64,000 nucleotides of DNA from NCBI RefSeq assembly GCF_963853765.1, contig NC_088858.1:22630001-22694000 (forward strand), given 5' to 3'. The translations under genes and the position numbers were made by a program. The stretch is from Magallana gigas. Its lineage: Eukaryota. The notes beneath the pieces are model-generated. The model worked only from the letters and a program-made list of their open reading frames with translations, was not told where the DNA came from and ran no database searches. Below, piece after piece: positions 1 to 12,083 of this stretch. Each line of letters opens with the position of its first letter. Positions within the stretch are counted from its first letter, which is position 1.

Positions 1-2215
1 TTGGGGACTTGAAGCCCTAATCTTACTTTTAACTTCTTGGGTAGTATTTTGTTAGAATTGAGAGTAGTTTGTGATCAAGTGATTTCAAAACTATAATACA
101 GCTTTAGAAGTTTGTTTTTAAAACTAGTCAATTATAATCATCATGTTGTATTCAACTTTAAGTCTTTTAGTCTATAAATTTTTGTTTAACCTGCATTAAT
201 TATTTTTTCTCATTTTTGACTCAGTGCTAAGGGTTTGTTCAATTATCGGTACTTTACAATGCAGAAAGTAATTATTACAAGTCAAACTAATATGCATATC
301 TGAAAATTAATAACTATTTCGCTTTCATTCTTTTTATGAGAGGGTTTTCGAAAATAGTAAAAATATTTTAAAATGAACGTATAATACAATGAGAAAAAAT
401 TAAACCATGAGCTCAAATTTTTTGTGTACCATACTAGATATTTTATAAATTGTACATGTATTGAAATTCAATGCTTGATAAAGAGATCAGATGATGATAT
501 TTATTCTACTGACTGTATTACAGCAAATGTGGAAGTTTACATTTATATTGAGCTCATTGGAATGGGTTAAATCTTAGTTTTGAAGGGGATGCAATACAGC
601 TTTGGTATCCTTTAATTGCATGACCCCCCCCCCCCCCCCCCCCCTTTTTTATGAATGTTCTTAATATTGTGAAAATTTCTGGTATGAACATGTAAACTAG
701 TACATGTACTGTTATTAATATTATCCTATGTTATATAATTATTCTTTTACTACTATTGTGAACTATTTTGATTTGCGTAAATTTAATACTTGTATCTAGA
801 ATCTCATTTGTTTCTATGGTAAAAGAAAATTTTGCACTCTGAAGATATTAGATTAAGAAAATGAGCAACAGTTGAATAAAATGTCATGTTATCCATGTAC
901 ACATACACAAAAAAAGTCAAGTGAATTGAGAAGAGACAAATACATGTACATGTAGATTTCTTCAATATACAGCAGTTCAGCTGTGCTTTTGTATAACGAG
1001 TGGAAACCGGTTATTTAAAATGCTGTCGATTATTTTATACTTCAAGTTGTGACAACAAGTCTATCAAGTGCACAATCATGATATCTGTTGTAACTTTATA
1101 CTGAAACTGCTGGACATGTGATTTATTTGCTACTTTGTCATATAAATCTTAACAGTAGCCTTGTATCAGTTTTGGCAAAGAGTCAAAGATTTGCATGTTA
1201 GAAAATTTTAGTCGTAAATTCTCCCTGTATGATTTATTTTGAATGTGTTTACTCTTCCATTATGCCAAATTATGTGGAAAAATTATGAGCCAATGTGTGT
1301 TTCTTTTATTATTCACTGTTAATGAAGAATGAATTATGATAGGTTTGATTGTTTTTTAAAATTTATAACGAAATCTCATTTGCACTAGTGTTCCTTACAA
1401 AGGGTATCGAGATTTTCAGATTGTCAAATTTTGAAAATAATCTTGACTGTGCCATTGATTTTTAATTTGTTTTCAATTGGAAGGTTATCTATTGTATGAA
1501 AAAAAATGTGTGCTCTTTTTTTGGTTGGCGCTTTGGAGTGGAAGTTGAATGTTTGTTGGTGTTTTGACCGTTACCAATTTATAACAATTTTGTCTTGTCT
1601 ATACAAACCCTCAAACGTAACAGTACATAAAACCTTAAAATTAAAACTCCTGTATTTATGGATCAACATCATAGGAATTTCCACAATATTTAATGCAATG
1701 CTTTTGTTTGGATGTTAAAATGAGAATTAAAACCAAAACTGTTTAAACCTGAATTTACTATTGACATCTTTTATCATGAATGCTGCTGTGGGCACTTTTC
1801 CATTTTGTTTTGGTATTTGTAGTTTGACCTATATCACTGTGAAGATCTATGTTTGTTTTTTTTCGAGTTGTGAGTTCAAGATGTTTCTTTTTTTCCTGTT
1901 TTTCAATGTTAGAATGTTTACAGTTATAACCTTTGAGAAAATCAATTGATTTTTATAAATGGTATGCAATGTTTTAATTAGTGTTCTTGTTGCTTTGTAA
2001 ACAATTTTGTCACATTTTCAAGAAAAGTCAAATAAATTGGTTGTAATATGCCATAATCTAAATTTTTCAATCTGTATACCATATTATAACATAGCTGCTA
2101 TATTTTTCTCATTCAAGAAAAATATACCTCCTACCTAGCAATAACTATTTATAAGGTTACATATATAGCTAGAGATTTTATTTTTTCTTATGAGAAAAAT
2201 ATAACCCTGAACAAC

Positions 2216-2456
2216 ATCTGGGCTGCTTTCAAGATTGTAGCTGCTACGTAGTTGAACAATAAGCTAGCCTAGCCGAATGTAATGAATTTAAACATGTATA
2301 TTTCCGCTTAAAATTAACAAATTATGTCGATGTAATTAGTCTTTAGTTGAATATTTCAAAACTTCAAATCTTAGACCTAGCGGTCTGTTCAATAGACTTG
2401 GATATCTACGATCTAGCGGCTAGGCTAGCTGCTACGATCTTGAACGCAGCCCAGGT
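2216..2456. mobile_element. MITE-like element with ~45-bp imperfect terminal inverted repeats
   Basis: ctgggctgctttcaagattgtagctgcta..gcctagccg at ~2218-2275 is the reverse complement of cggctaggctagctgctacgatcttgaacgcagcccag at ~2417-2454. No clear TSD. Confidence 0.6.
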
Positions 2457-2910
2457 GCCTGTGCAAAGATGCACCTCTTTTCAGACTGTTGGTGTATCAA
2501 CTACAGTTCACATTCCACAAATTTTCTTAATGTGCAAGATTTATCTAAATCTTGATTGCATCATTTCATGCGTGTGTACAGTATTTTTAATCTAGGATTG
2601 TATAAAACAAGATGTACTAATTCACAATTAGTTCAACCCTGCCTCACAAAATACAACAGGTATAAAAATCAAAATTTGCAAGCATTTAGAGATCATTTAA
2701 TTTTCATTCAATGGCAACGGTTCACATTTTAGTCGTGTAAGGTTTACTTAAGCAATTTCATCTAACATTTTACACCTATGGGCTGGTTTACTGTTTTACC
2801 AAACCATTTAATACAAATGTTCCAAAGGCTTGAACTGTAAAAAGAAATTCTAAATGATGCACAAAAAGCAGTGTCCTTTACCAAATATCTTTTATACATA
2901 CATGTATAAT

Positions 2911-4731
2911 TCAATCTTGCTTACTTCTTACCAATCGTAGGAAGAAGTTGTACAAGAGACTGTTGGACTGCAAGAGATCTTGCAGACAGCTTGAAGTTTT
3001 CTCATACAAGTTCAAGATTGTGATATTCTTAAAGCAACAACTTGTTAATGGATATGCAAGAGTATCACTTCTTGCAATAATTATAACAACATGGACAGCA
3101 ACAGTCGTATCTGAAAACACGCTTTTCACAACATTCAAGGCTTGACCAATTCGTTCTCCTCTTAGAGTAGCACCTGTTGCCACTTGAACAAGATACAGCA
3201 CTGAGTTTTTGCAGGGCCGTAGCTTCTTGGCAGGAGAGCATACTTCTGTTTCATCCATTCTGATCGTAACATATACAAAGTAATCCATTCCCAGGAAATC
3301 TTGGATCTCTGGGTATACAACAAACTTGTCTACTGAAGTAGCAAGTTCTTTAAGATATAACGCAACCCTGAACAAACTTTTGTAATGACTGTTTAGACTT
3401 GTAGGAACATCTTTTGCAAAATGTTCTATTCTCTGTTGATCTGGGTGGAAAAATCTCTGGGAAGGAATTCGCAGAAGAAGCCAATCATCAGACTTAGTTT
3501 GTGGAACATCAAGAGGAGTTTCAGAAGGTTGATATGACGTTTCCATAGTATTGTATATTAAAGGCAGCAATACGATGCCTTTCTTCTCTTGGGCACTAAC
3601 TAACAATTTAATGAACTCCCTTTTTGCACTATTTTGTAACATCACTGTGAAAATCTTGTCACTATAACCTTTTTGTAAGACCATATCTAGCCTGTATGGC
3701 AATCTGGCCCTCCACTCAGGAGCTAGGTAGGCTTGAAGGTGATGCACCTTAACAACCACATCTCCTTCCTGTACTCCTAGTTCAAAGATTTTGGCATTGT
3801 TTTCTATATCCTCCTGCATTACAGTGTAAAGATCTGTATGAAAGATGTTGAAAGCTATCATTACTTGTCTAGCATCAGTTACTGTAAAGATGTATTCTCC
3901 TTCAACAGGGATATGTTGGAGCAAAATAGTGGTATGCAGTATAAATTTATCATAGACTGCACTGTTTCCAGTTCCCTTAAAGCTGGCTATTTCTTCTTGG
4001 ATTTCTTTGGTGTATTGTATCAAGGCTTGATGAACCGTTTTTCCAAACGCATACATGTACTCCAAGACATTGTGGAGTAATCTAGGAGTCATTATAAAAT
4101 GCTCCGAAAAAACATCATATGCCTCCTTCCCTGTCTTTGTGAGTCCTTCATCTTTACAGTTCAATACCTTCAAAGACCCACTCCAGATTTTCAGAAAGCA
4201 TTCTTCATCTAGTTGTAATTCTCTTCCACAGTCAATTTCACCATTGCTATAAGGAGTGGCAGTAAATCCTGCTGGAATCATAATAAATTTGATGTCTTTA
4301 CCCTCAAGGATGTTTCTGATTTTCTGTGTATAGTGGGTGTTGAAAATTGTTGTGTGGTCAATGATGAGACAATCCTCTGCTTGAAAATTCAAAGAAAAGG
4401 AGGAAAACTTATCTAAATGTTTATCCCTTACATCAATTTCATTGAGATCAACGTAATGAATCCTATGGTCTTTTCTTCTCCTGCACTCCAAAACAAAATA
4501 CAAAACCGAGGACGTTTTCCCAAGTCCTTGAATTCCTGAGACACAGTTCCATTGTTTCCTACACTTCCTGTAGAGACGGTCAATCACATTGATGAACACA
4601 TCATGGAATTTCGTTTTAATGAAGCACCTCCCAGCTTTAAAGTCGATGACATTGGCGAACAGTTTTGCCTCCTCATCTTCTGTAACACCTTGCAAAATAC
4701 TGCTTTCGAATTCATCCAAACTTCTTGGAAT
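2911..4731 (-). CDS. P-loop NTPase plus putative C-terminal restriction-endonuclease-fold protein (Crinkler/RHS-like architecture); 5' exon not found
   Basis: One long open exon (>600 codons). Walker A SGIQGLGKTS, Walker B-like CLIIDH, and C-terminal VVYPEIQDFLGMDYFVYV...LYLVQVATG. The track start at 4719 is TTG; an acceptor (ttttttag) at 4733-4732 opens the exon at 4731 in frame (IPRSLDEF). Confidence 0.7.
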   Translation of the reverse strand: MPRSLDEFESSILQGVTEDEEAKLFANVIDFKAGRCFIKTKFHDVFINVIDRLYRKCRKQWNCVSGIQGLGKTSSVLYFVLECRRRKDHRIHYVDLNEIDVRDKHLDKFSSFSLNFQAEDCLIIDHTTIFNTHYTQKIRNILEGKDIKFIMIPAGFTATPYSNGEIDCGRELQLDEECFLKIWSGSLKVLNCKDEGLTKTGKEAYDVFSEHFIMTPRLLHNVLEYMYAFGKTVHQALIQYTKEIQEEIASFKGTGNSAVYDKFILHTTILLQHIPVEGEYIFTVTDARQVMIAFNIFHTDLYTVMQEDIENNAKIFELGVQEGDVVVKVHHLQAYLAPEWRARLPYRLDMVLQKGYSDKIFTVMLQNSAKREFIKLLVSAQEKKGIVLLPLIYNTMETSYQPSETPLDVPQTKSDDWLLLRIPSQRFFHPDQQRIEHFAKDVPTSLNSHYKSLFRVALYLKELATSVDKFVVYPEIQDFLGMDYFVYVTIRMDETEVCSPAKKLRPCKNSVLYLVQVATGATLRGERIGQALNVVKSVFSDTTVAVHVVIIIARSDTLAYPLTSCCFKNITILNLYEKTSSCLQDLLQSNSLLYNFFLRLVRSKQD

Positions 4732-4827
4732 CTAAAAAATGTTGAAGCAGATTGGAAAAACAAAGACATAAGGTTATATTACTAAAGCTACAGTTACAAG
4801 GTTACAGAATAGTAATTTAATATTTAA

Positions 4828-5106
4828 AGTGGTATGGAACACCTCCTTATTGTGGCATTCTTTTTAACGAAATTAACTATACTTTCCAAAAATTGTTACC
4901 TAACAGAGAAGCGCACTGGGTGAGAGCATTAACTACAAATCTATAACTCATGAGTCAAACTTTTATAATTTATATCTTTCCATAAATTTTAAAAACATAC
5001 TTTTGGTTCAAATATTGTACAATTTCAAAATTATAATCATTATGTAAAAATTATGATTTTAAGGTACTTTTATCCACATTAATATCGACAGGTGTGCCAT
5101 ACCACC
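4828..5106. mobile_element. Non-autonomous TTAA-flanked DNA transposon (Kolobok-like), degenerate copy
   Basis: ttaa|agtggtatggaacacct ... ggtgtgccataccacc|ttag. The interior aligns by eye with the 12659-13183 copy. Confidence 0.65.
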
Positions 5107-5519
5107 TTAGTAAAGTTAGATACTGGTCACTGTTTGGTAAATTGACTCCAATTATTGATTTGATGGTCTAATGGTAAACTAATTTTCCTACTAAACATTT
5201 AAGCATAGGTAATCACAGATTACAAAGCTCACCGAGACGAGACATCACCCTTATGAGACTTCACCTTTAAGAGACCACCTTTATCATATTAAATGAAAAT
5301 CATACTTTATGATCTTGGATATTCATGGATTCTGTTTTGACACAATACCGTATATCATCTGTTAAAAAATTGTATGATAATCATATGTTCATTTGTTAAT
5401 CAATACAATAATATAACATTAAATATTGCATCCTATCATATTTACAACATATATCATATAATACAATAAAATACCGTAATAAACAATGATGAGATATGAT
5501 ATTGTAACGTATGATATGA

Positions 5520-6201
5520 CATTTTGTTTTCCCTTGGTCTGAAATGTCACACTTTCATTGGTTTAAACATAGCACGTGATTGCCTCATATATCTCTATTA
5601 TAATATTTGTTCTGTGAGAAATAATATTAGGCAATATGGCCGTCATTGGTCGACGCTTCGCTTACTCATTTCGACATTTCATAGTATTTAATACATAAAC
5701 CGCATGCCGTAAGTTCTTAAAGTATTTGGAGTAGTTGCCCTTTGAAATTCTTTAAAATTAGAGTAGTTGCCCTTAGAATATTGACGTCACATTGTTTTGT
5801 CTGGAGCAGAACAAAATGGCAGCGTCGAATTTTGCTCAAATATCTGCAGAGGAAAGGGGGAAAACATTTAAAATTGAATAGCAACAAAACCTTGTAAGTA
5901 AACATGGCTGAAGCAAGGATTTTTAAAGATTATTTGAAAGGCGAGATTGAAAATTTTGAAGAGTTTAAATGAGTTAAATTGGATGAGATGTTAGGCATCT
6001 TGTACATGGCTAGATCATCGCTATTTGTGAATAAATATGTCGCTTGATAGTCCTCGGGAAAACAAAACACTTATAAGGTTAGTTACTGACTCACTACGGA
6101 AAAATATTGGGTTGATCAATCTCATAGAAGGCTCGGCTTCGCCTCGCCATCTATGAGATTGATCAACCCAATATTTTTCCGTAGTGAGTCAGTAACTAAC
6201 C
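5520..6201 (+). mobile_element. Crypton-like (tyrosine recombinase) non-autonomous relic
   Basis: ~5910-6012 translates as ARIFKDYLKGEIENFEEFK*VKLDEMLGILYMAR, resembling the N-terminal region of Crypton YR proteins. It is flanked by a long palindrome with a ggcttcgcctcg loop. Confidence 0.55.
6077..6201. repeat. Long palindrome/hairpin with 51-bp perfect arms
   Basis: ggttagttactgactcactacggaaaaatattgggttgatcaatctcatag, then loop aaggctcggcttcgcctcgccat, then the exact reverse complement. Confidence 0.95.
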
Positions 6202-6209
6202 TAATAAGT

Positions 6210-7030
6210 AATAGTATTGTGTTATACGTTATTGTATTTGATCAAATAATACAATATCATTATATATAAAACAATATAGTATTATATTACAATATCATAT
6301 TACATAATACATCATAACATTGAAACATATGATATTATATTGTATAATATAGTATGGTATTGTATGATACTGTATCATTTTTAATACATAATATGATATT
6401 GTATCATATGATACAATATAATTTGATACAACATTGTATCATATCAAATGATACAATATTATGTGATAAAGTAAAATATTTTATAATACAATATTATATT
6501 ATATATATTGTATCATATGATACAATAATATGTTTTACAATATCATACAATACAATTTCATGCAATGTGATAATATATCATATTATAAACCAATATCATA
6601 TTATACAATATCGTATGATACAATATTATATAATATTACAGTATCATATTATACAATTTCATGTGATATAATTCTATATTACAGACACTAATATCATATT
6701 ATACAATATCGTATGATACAATATTATAAAATATACAATATTGTATCATAGGATACAATATTATATTTTTCAATATCTTATGTAATAGTATCATGTGATA
6801 AAATAATAAATTAATAATACAATATAATATTATACAATATTGTATCATAATATACAATATTATACATAACGATATCATGATACAATATCATAACATAAAA
6901 TATAAAAAAAAATTGATACAATATCATATTGTATCATATAAATTTTTATAATATCACATATGATATTATATTGTGTCATATTAAACAATATTGTTTCATA
7001 CCAAACAATACTATATCATAGGAATCATGT
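6210..7030. repeat. Degenerate AT-rich simple repeat (atacaatat/atatcat type)
   Basis: Recurrent atacaata, tatcatat and atatt words, with very low GC content. Confidence 0.85.
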
Positions 7031-8394
7031 TATATCATTTATCAACAAACACATCTATCTATCGAGCAGGTTTGAGTGAGGTAGGAGATTTCTTTAGCAT
7101 CCTTGATAATGGAGATCAGGCTCTGCATCTGAAGCAACCTCTGCGTTTCATTTATAATATAGTTAAATCAACTATGCAAGCTATCATCTATAAAACATGT
7201 GACCTGTTCCAAAAAAACTAAACCTCATCCAGCATCCGAAACATATGGCTCAGATTCAGCATTCAAGCCTGTCAGGTGCATCAGTATACATAAGACGCAT
7301 CTCCATGCAATTTGGTAAAGTTCAGACCAGTAATAACTAAGATATCATCATCAGAGGGCACTAGCAATTAAAACCTTAACCTGGTCCAGCATCCCTAACC
7401 TATGGCTCAGATTCAACATTCATGCTTGTCAGGTGCATCTGTATCATAAGACACACCATCCATTCAAGTTTGGTGAAGTTAGGACCTGTAATAACTAAGA
7501 TTTATTTTTTAGCATCCTTGGTAATGGAGATCAAGCCTGCATCTGAAGCTTCCTCTGTGATTCATTCATTCTACAGTTTAATCAACTATGCAAGTTTGAA
7601 ATAGTACTATTATCTATTAAACATGTAACCTGTTCCAAAAAACTTAACCATATCCAGCATCTGAAACCTATGGCACAGATTCAGCATTCAAGCCTGTCTG
7701 GTGCATCAGTATCATAAGACGCACCATCCATGGAAGTCTGGTGAAGTTAGGACAAGTAGTAACTAAGATATAATGATCAGAGGGCACCTGCAACAAAAAC
7801 TTTAACCTGGTCCAAAAACCTTAACCTCCTCCAGCATCCGAAACCTATAGCTCAGATTCAGCACTCAAGCCTGTCTGGTGCATCAGTATCATAAGACACA
7901 CCATCCATGCAAGTTTGGTGAAGTACAGACCTGCAGTAACTTAGATATTGCTATCAAAGGGCACCTGCAACAAAAACTTTAACCTGGTCCAAAAACCTTA
8001 ACCTCCTCCAGCATCCGAAACCTATAGCTCAGATTCAGCACTCAAGCCTGTCTGGTGCATCAGTATCATAAGACACACCATCCATGCAAGTTTGGTGAAG
8101 TACGGACCTGCAGTAACTTAGATATTGCTATCAAAGGGCACCTGCAACAAAAACTTTAACCTGGTCCAACAACATTAACCTCCTCCAGCATCTGAAATTT
8201 AGGACTCAGATTCAGTATCCAAGTCTTTCAAGTCCATAAGTAAGTCCAGATGCATCAACCATGCAAGTTTGGTGAAGATAGGACAAGTAATAACTTAGAT
8301 ACAGGACCTGCAACAAAAACTTTAACCAGGTCCGGACGCCGACGCCGAGGGTATAGCATAAGCTCCCCCTGACTTCGTCTCGGTGAGCTAAAAA
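7030..8394 (-). mobile_element. Helentron/pearl(CvA)-type non-autonomous element carrying a 177-bp tandem satellite
   Basis: caacaaaaactttaacctggtcc recurs at 7791, 7968 and 8145 (177-bp period), with more diverged units to the left. The terminus ggacgccgacgccgagggtatagcataagctccccctgacttcgtctcggtgagctaaaaa is typical of oyster Cg170-satellite-bearing elements. Confidence 0.8.
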
Positions 8395-9027
8395 TAAATT
8401 TTTTCCTCCAGTCTGTCCCAAGTTTGATGTGGCACATTTGGTCAATCTTTAATAAAAATACACATACCTGTAAAATTGAAGTCAATGAAAGGGAAAATAT
8501 CCAAAATATTTTCATTCACACATTATTTTTTAACTTGAAAAAATTCACAAAAACAAATGCAGATTTTTTACGGAGATTCAATAGGAAATGTCTACACCTT
8601 TTTTCCAATCGGAATACTTAGCACAACTTTCCAACATTATAATCCAGGTATTTTCATCTTTTTTTACTAAGCAAAACCTCCGTAAACTTTTTTTTGAAAA
8701 TGAAATGAAACCTGACAAGGTAGAGGGGGCGTCTCCAAGGGGGGAATCTTGGAACTTTTTTTATACTTTGAATGAACATCATTTGAATCTAGAGGTATTT
8801 ATAAATATAGAATAATTTAAGAAAATGTAAGGCATAGACTATAAATCAGAAAAATAAGGCTAAGGCGTCTTTGAAAGGGGCGTCATGCAGTCAAAATTTT
8901 CCAGTCTTGACAAATTTTGCTAAGATTTAGTCTGGGACTCGTCGCCAACTTTTCATCTTTTTACTATCTTATGTCATCACTTCTATACTATAAAATACAA
9001 GTGTTCTACGTGACGAACATCTGTGAA

Positions 9028-9447
9028 TAAACCTTAGACAGTGAACTACATGTAATTTAAACCTTTTCACGTCGCTTATCTTGCATATAGCATGCATCTT
9101 GAATTTTCAAACCCTAGTACCTGATATGACACCGATGAATCTTCTGTTGAATCCATGGATCGTTTGCAAAGTACTGTTATATGAATTGTTGACAACTGAG
9201 CACGTCGACATATTTTGGCGGCAAAATGCCATCTTGGTTAACTCGTACACTGATAAAGTCGAAGCCTCTACACTTACAATTGATTTCACCGCCGAAAAAA
9301 TATGTTTAAGCTTTTATTTTGCTCACATAAAAAAAACTATCATAAAAAGTTGCTAAATTAAAAACAAGATTTAGATACTTTATTTGGTAGAATTTTTGCG
9401 AAAATAATTGCCTGACGTCATGACGTCAGGCATATCTAAGGTTTAAA
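9028..9447. mobile_element. MITE-like element
   Basis: taaaccttaga at 9028 and tctaaggttta at ~9436 are inverted. Internal palindrome gcctgacgtcatgacgtcaggc. Confidence 0.5.
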
Positions 9448-11716
9448 AGTTGCAATCTCCGAAACAGTGCAGACAATGGGACAAGCAATATCATGATATT
9501 TCACAGAAAAGATTAACTGATGCATGTTTAAAATATCAGCATTTACGTTCATAATTGATGAACATGTTATATGGCATGTAATAACAACAGCGAGCAAGAG
9601 TTTTCAAGTAAACAGGGACGGTCACCATGCAGAGCACGTGTGTAATCCTGCTTTAAAAATAGATCAGCATTCCACCATATTTGAATGGTGAAAAAGGGGG
9701 AGGGGGTCATCGCAACAAGTTGTAGCATATTGTCTATTATGGTACAATGTAAGAAATAATTGGTGTTGGATTATCATTATTACAAGAGAGTCATCAGTTT
9801 GGATTAAAACAAATATATATTTATACAGCTGGAATGTTTACTGGGGGAACTAAATCGCCAAAGCGGGGTGTGACCCCATTTTCGTTTAGTTGGGCGATTT
9901 CATTAATCTTGAAAAGGGAACATAACTCGCATGTCTTACTATATGTACATTACCACATTTAAAAATTACTAATCAAGTGTGTTTCTTAATTCGATAGATT
10001 TCTTCCAAACCATCCGGTCCAAAGTATAATATACATATATGTAGCTGTTACAAAAAAAAAAGTCAAAAAATTCATCTAACCCTCCCCCCCCCCATGGATC
10101 TCTGCCAATGGATAAGTTCATTCGTTGCGTGAACGGTAAAGCAGGATTTCGCGCCAAAATGTCTCATTCATAGTTTTTGTACGTCGATTATTTGACGAGT
10201 CTGTTGGGATCATGAAAAATACCCCAGTGCACACCATGTGTTTACATCACAGGCACGTAGCATCGGGGGTTGGGTGAGGGAGGCTGCTTCCCCTCCCCTC
10301 TTTTTTGACAGCTGGCACTTTCTTAACTTTATAGGATAAATGGAAATATCATGGATTTGCCCCCCCCCCCTTCCACTTTTGTAGGAGCATGCAATAATAA
10401 AAAGTTCTGCAAATAAGGAATTCTAATTGAATTGAAGTTACAGTTAGGGTTTTTTCATGAATTTGAGAATTCACCCTTCTTAAATTGCTTGTCAAGATGA
10501 TTTTAATGAAACTGCCCACACACATTCAAACACAATACGTGTTTGTTTCATAAGGTTGGAAGTTTTAAAAAATGCCTTTTAGTTGATTTTGCAATTAATA
10601 TAACAAATACAATTTGAAAAAAAACGACTATTTACTCTCCAGCTTTCAAACTTACATGTACTTATATGATATGTGTATATTCCTAAAAACATTGAATTAA
10701 TAAAATAAATGAATTTCAAGTGATATATATGTACATGTTCTAGATCGGAGAAAAGACTAACATTTCGTCTTAAATTTGCATGTTCCATTTATAAATTTAT
10801 GATCAGCAGCGAAAATAAAAATTCATTTCTGATAAGATAGCCTAATTGATACATGCATGCTTCCATTGAATAATTTTGTTTAGTCAGGCAAGCTTTTTGG
10901 AAAGCTATTACTTGTTGTATTATATAGTTTATGGATGCACAGGATATATCCGGATAATCTCCTGTGTATATTGTTTTATCTTGGATAAGAAAGGAATTCT
11001 ATGAGAGTGTACAAATCAAATTAAGAACATGCAAAATAAAAAACGAACTTATAAAGGAGTAGGTAACAATTTTACAGCGGAGAAGTGCGATATTTTAAAG
11101 CTTTCGAGAACACTGCCATGGCTTATTATGTATCACGCGTGTGAGCAGGGACCGATATACGTCCCTGGTGTGAGGAATATTTTTTTTATTAATTAAATTA
11201 AAAGTGTTTCCTAGAAAGTTAAGAAATATTTTGGTGAAATTAGAACAATCGGCCACCGTCTCCCAATAGTCATTGATAGTGAGTGGTCGATATAGCAAAG
11301 CCATGAAAAGGTTTATAATTTAGTAAAATTGAAGACGAGTTTTGCTATTTGTTAGAATGTTATCTGCTATCATTTTGATTAGGAAAGATTGTCTCGTCTC
11401 TTGACTTTGAAGAGCGTCAGTATGGGGATAGTTTCAATATAGCACATTTTTGCATAAAAAGGAAAACAGCGCATATTTTTAAATGCGTGACAACAACGCG
11501 AGGAAGAACTATACATGCACACCATTGTGAAACGGATTCTCCCTGAAATGCCCAAAAGATGTTTACATCTACAAATGAATTAACATGAAAATATGTCACT
11601 TACCACTTTTAAAAAGTCCATGTATTCGAGACATTAGAAAATTGTTTTCTCTTCCTAGCATACTAATGTACCCATACATAAATAGTAGATCCTTTCTAAC
11701 TCTAGGCACAAACAGC

Positions 11717-11743
11717 CTCTCTCTCTCTCTCTCTCTCTCTCTC
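11717..11743. repeat. (CT)n microsatellite
   Basis: Run of ctctct... Confidence 0.9.
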
Positions 11744-12083
11744 AAAAATAACTTTCTATTTTATGAAAGAAGATTTACTCAAACTATATAGTGAATACTT
11801 TTAATGTATATAATCAAAATATCATCTTGAGACAGTGAATAAAAAAGTAGCACTGACAAATAAAATGGAAAATACCTGGTCATCTTTGAAATATACAAAA
11901 ATCCAGCAATAATCAAATCCAATATACACATTTTAGACGGCATAGTTTTAATTGAAATGTTTGTCGACAAATGCATGCACAATTATTGTATAAATATTTG
12001 GCACATATAGTTGTTTTTTTTTTATTATCATATAATCACTTATAAAAGTATTTATACATGTAGTTTATGTGTTGATTTAAATA

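Noticed and set aside
1-2900. Short ORFs in the first 2.9 kb
   Set aside because: AT-rich, with no coherent splice pattern or recognisable domain; likely UTR or intergenic.
6354-6671. Ile/Tyr-rich 105-aa ORF
   Set aside because: Translation of an AT-rich simple repeat.
7790-8330. CRISPR-like or regularly spaced array
   Set aside because: Eukaryotic context, and whole 177-bp units repeat with no unique spacers; it is a satellite.
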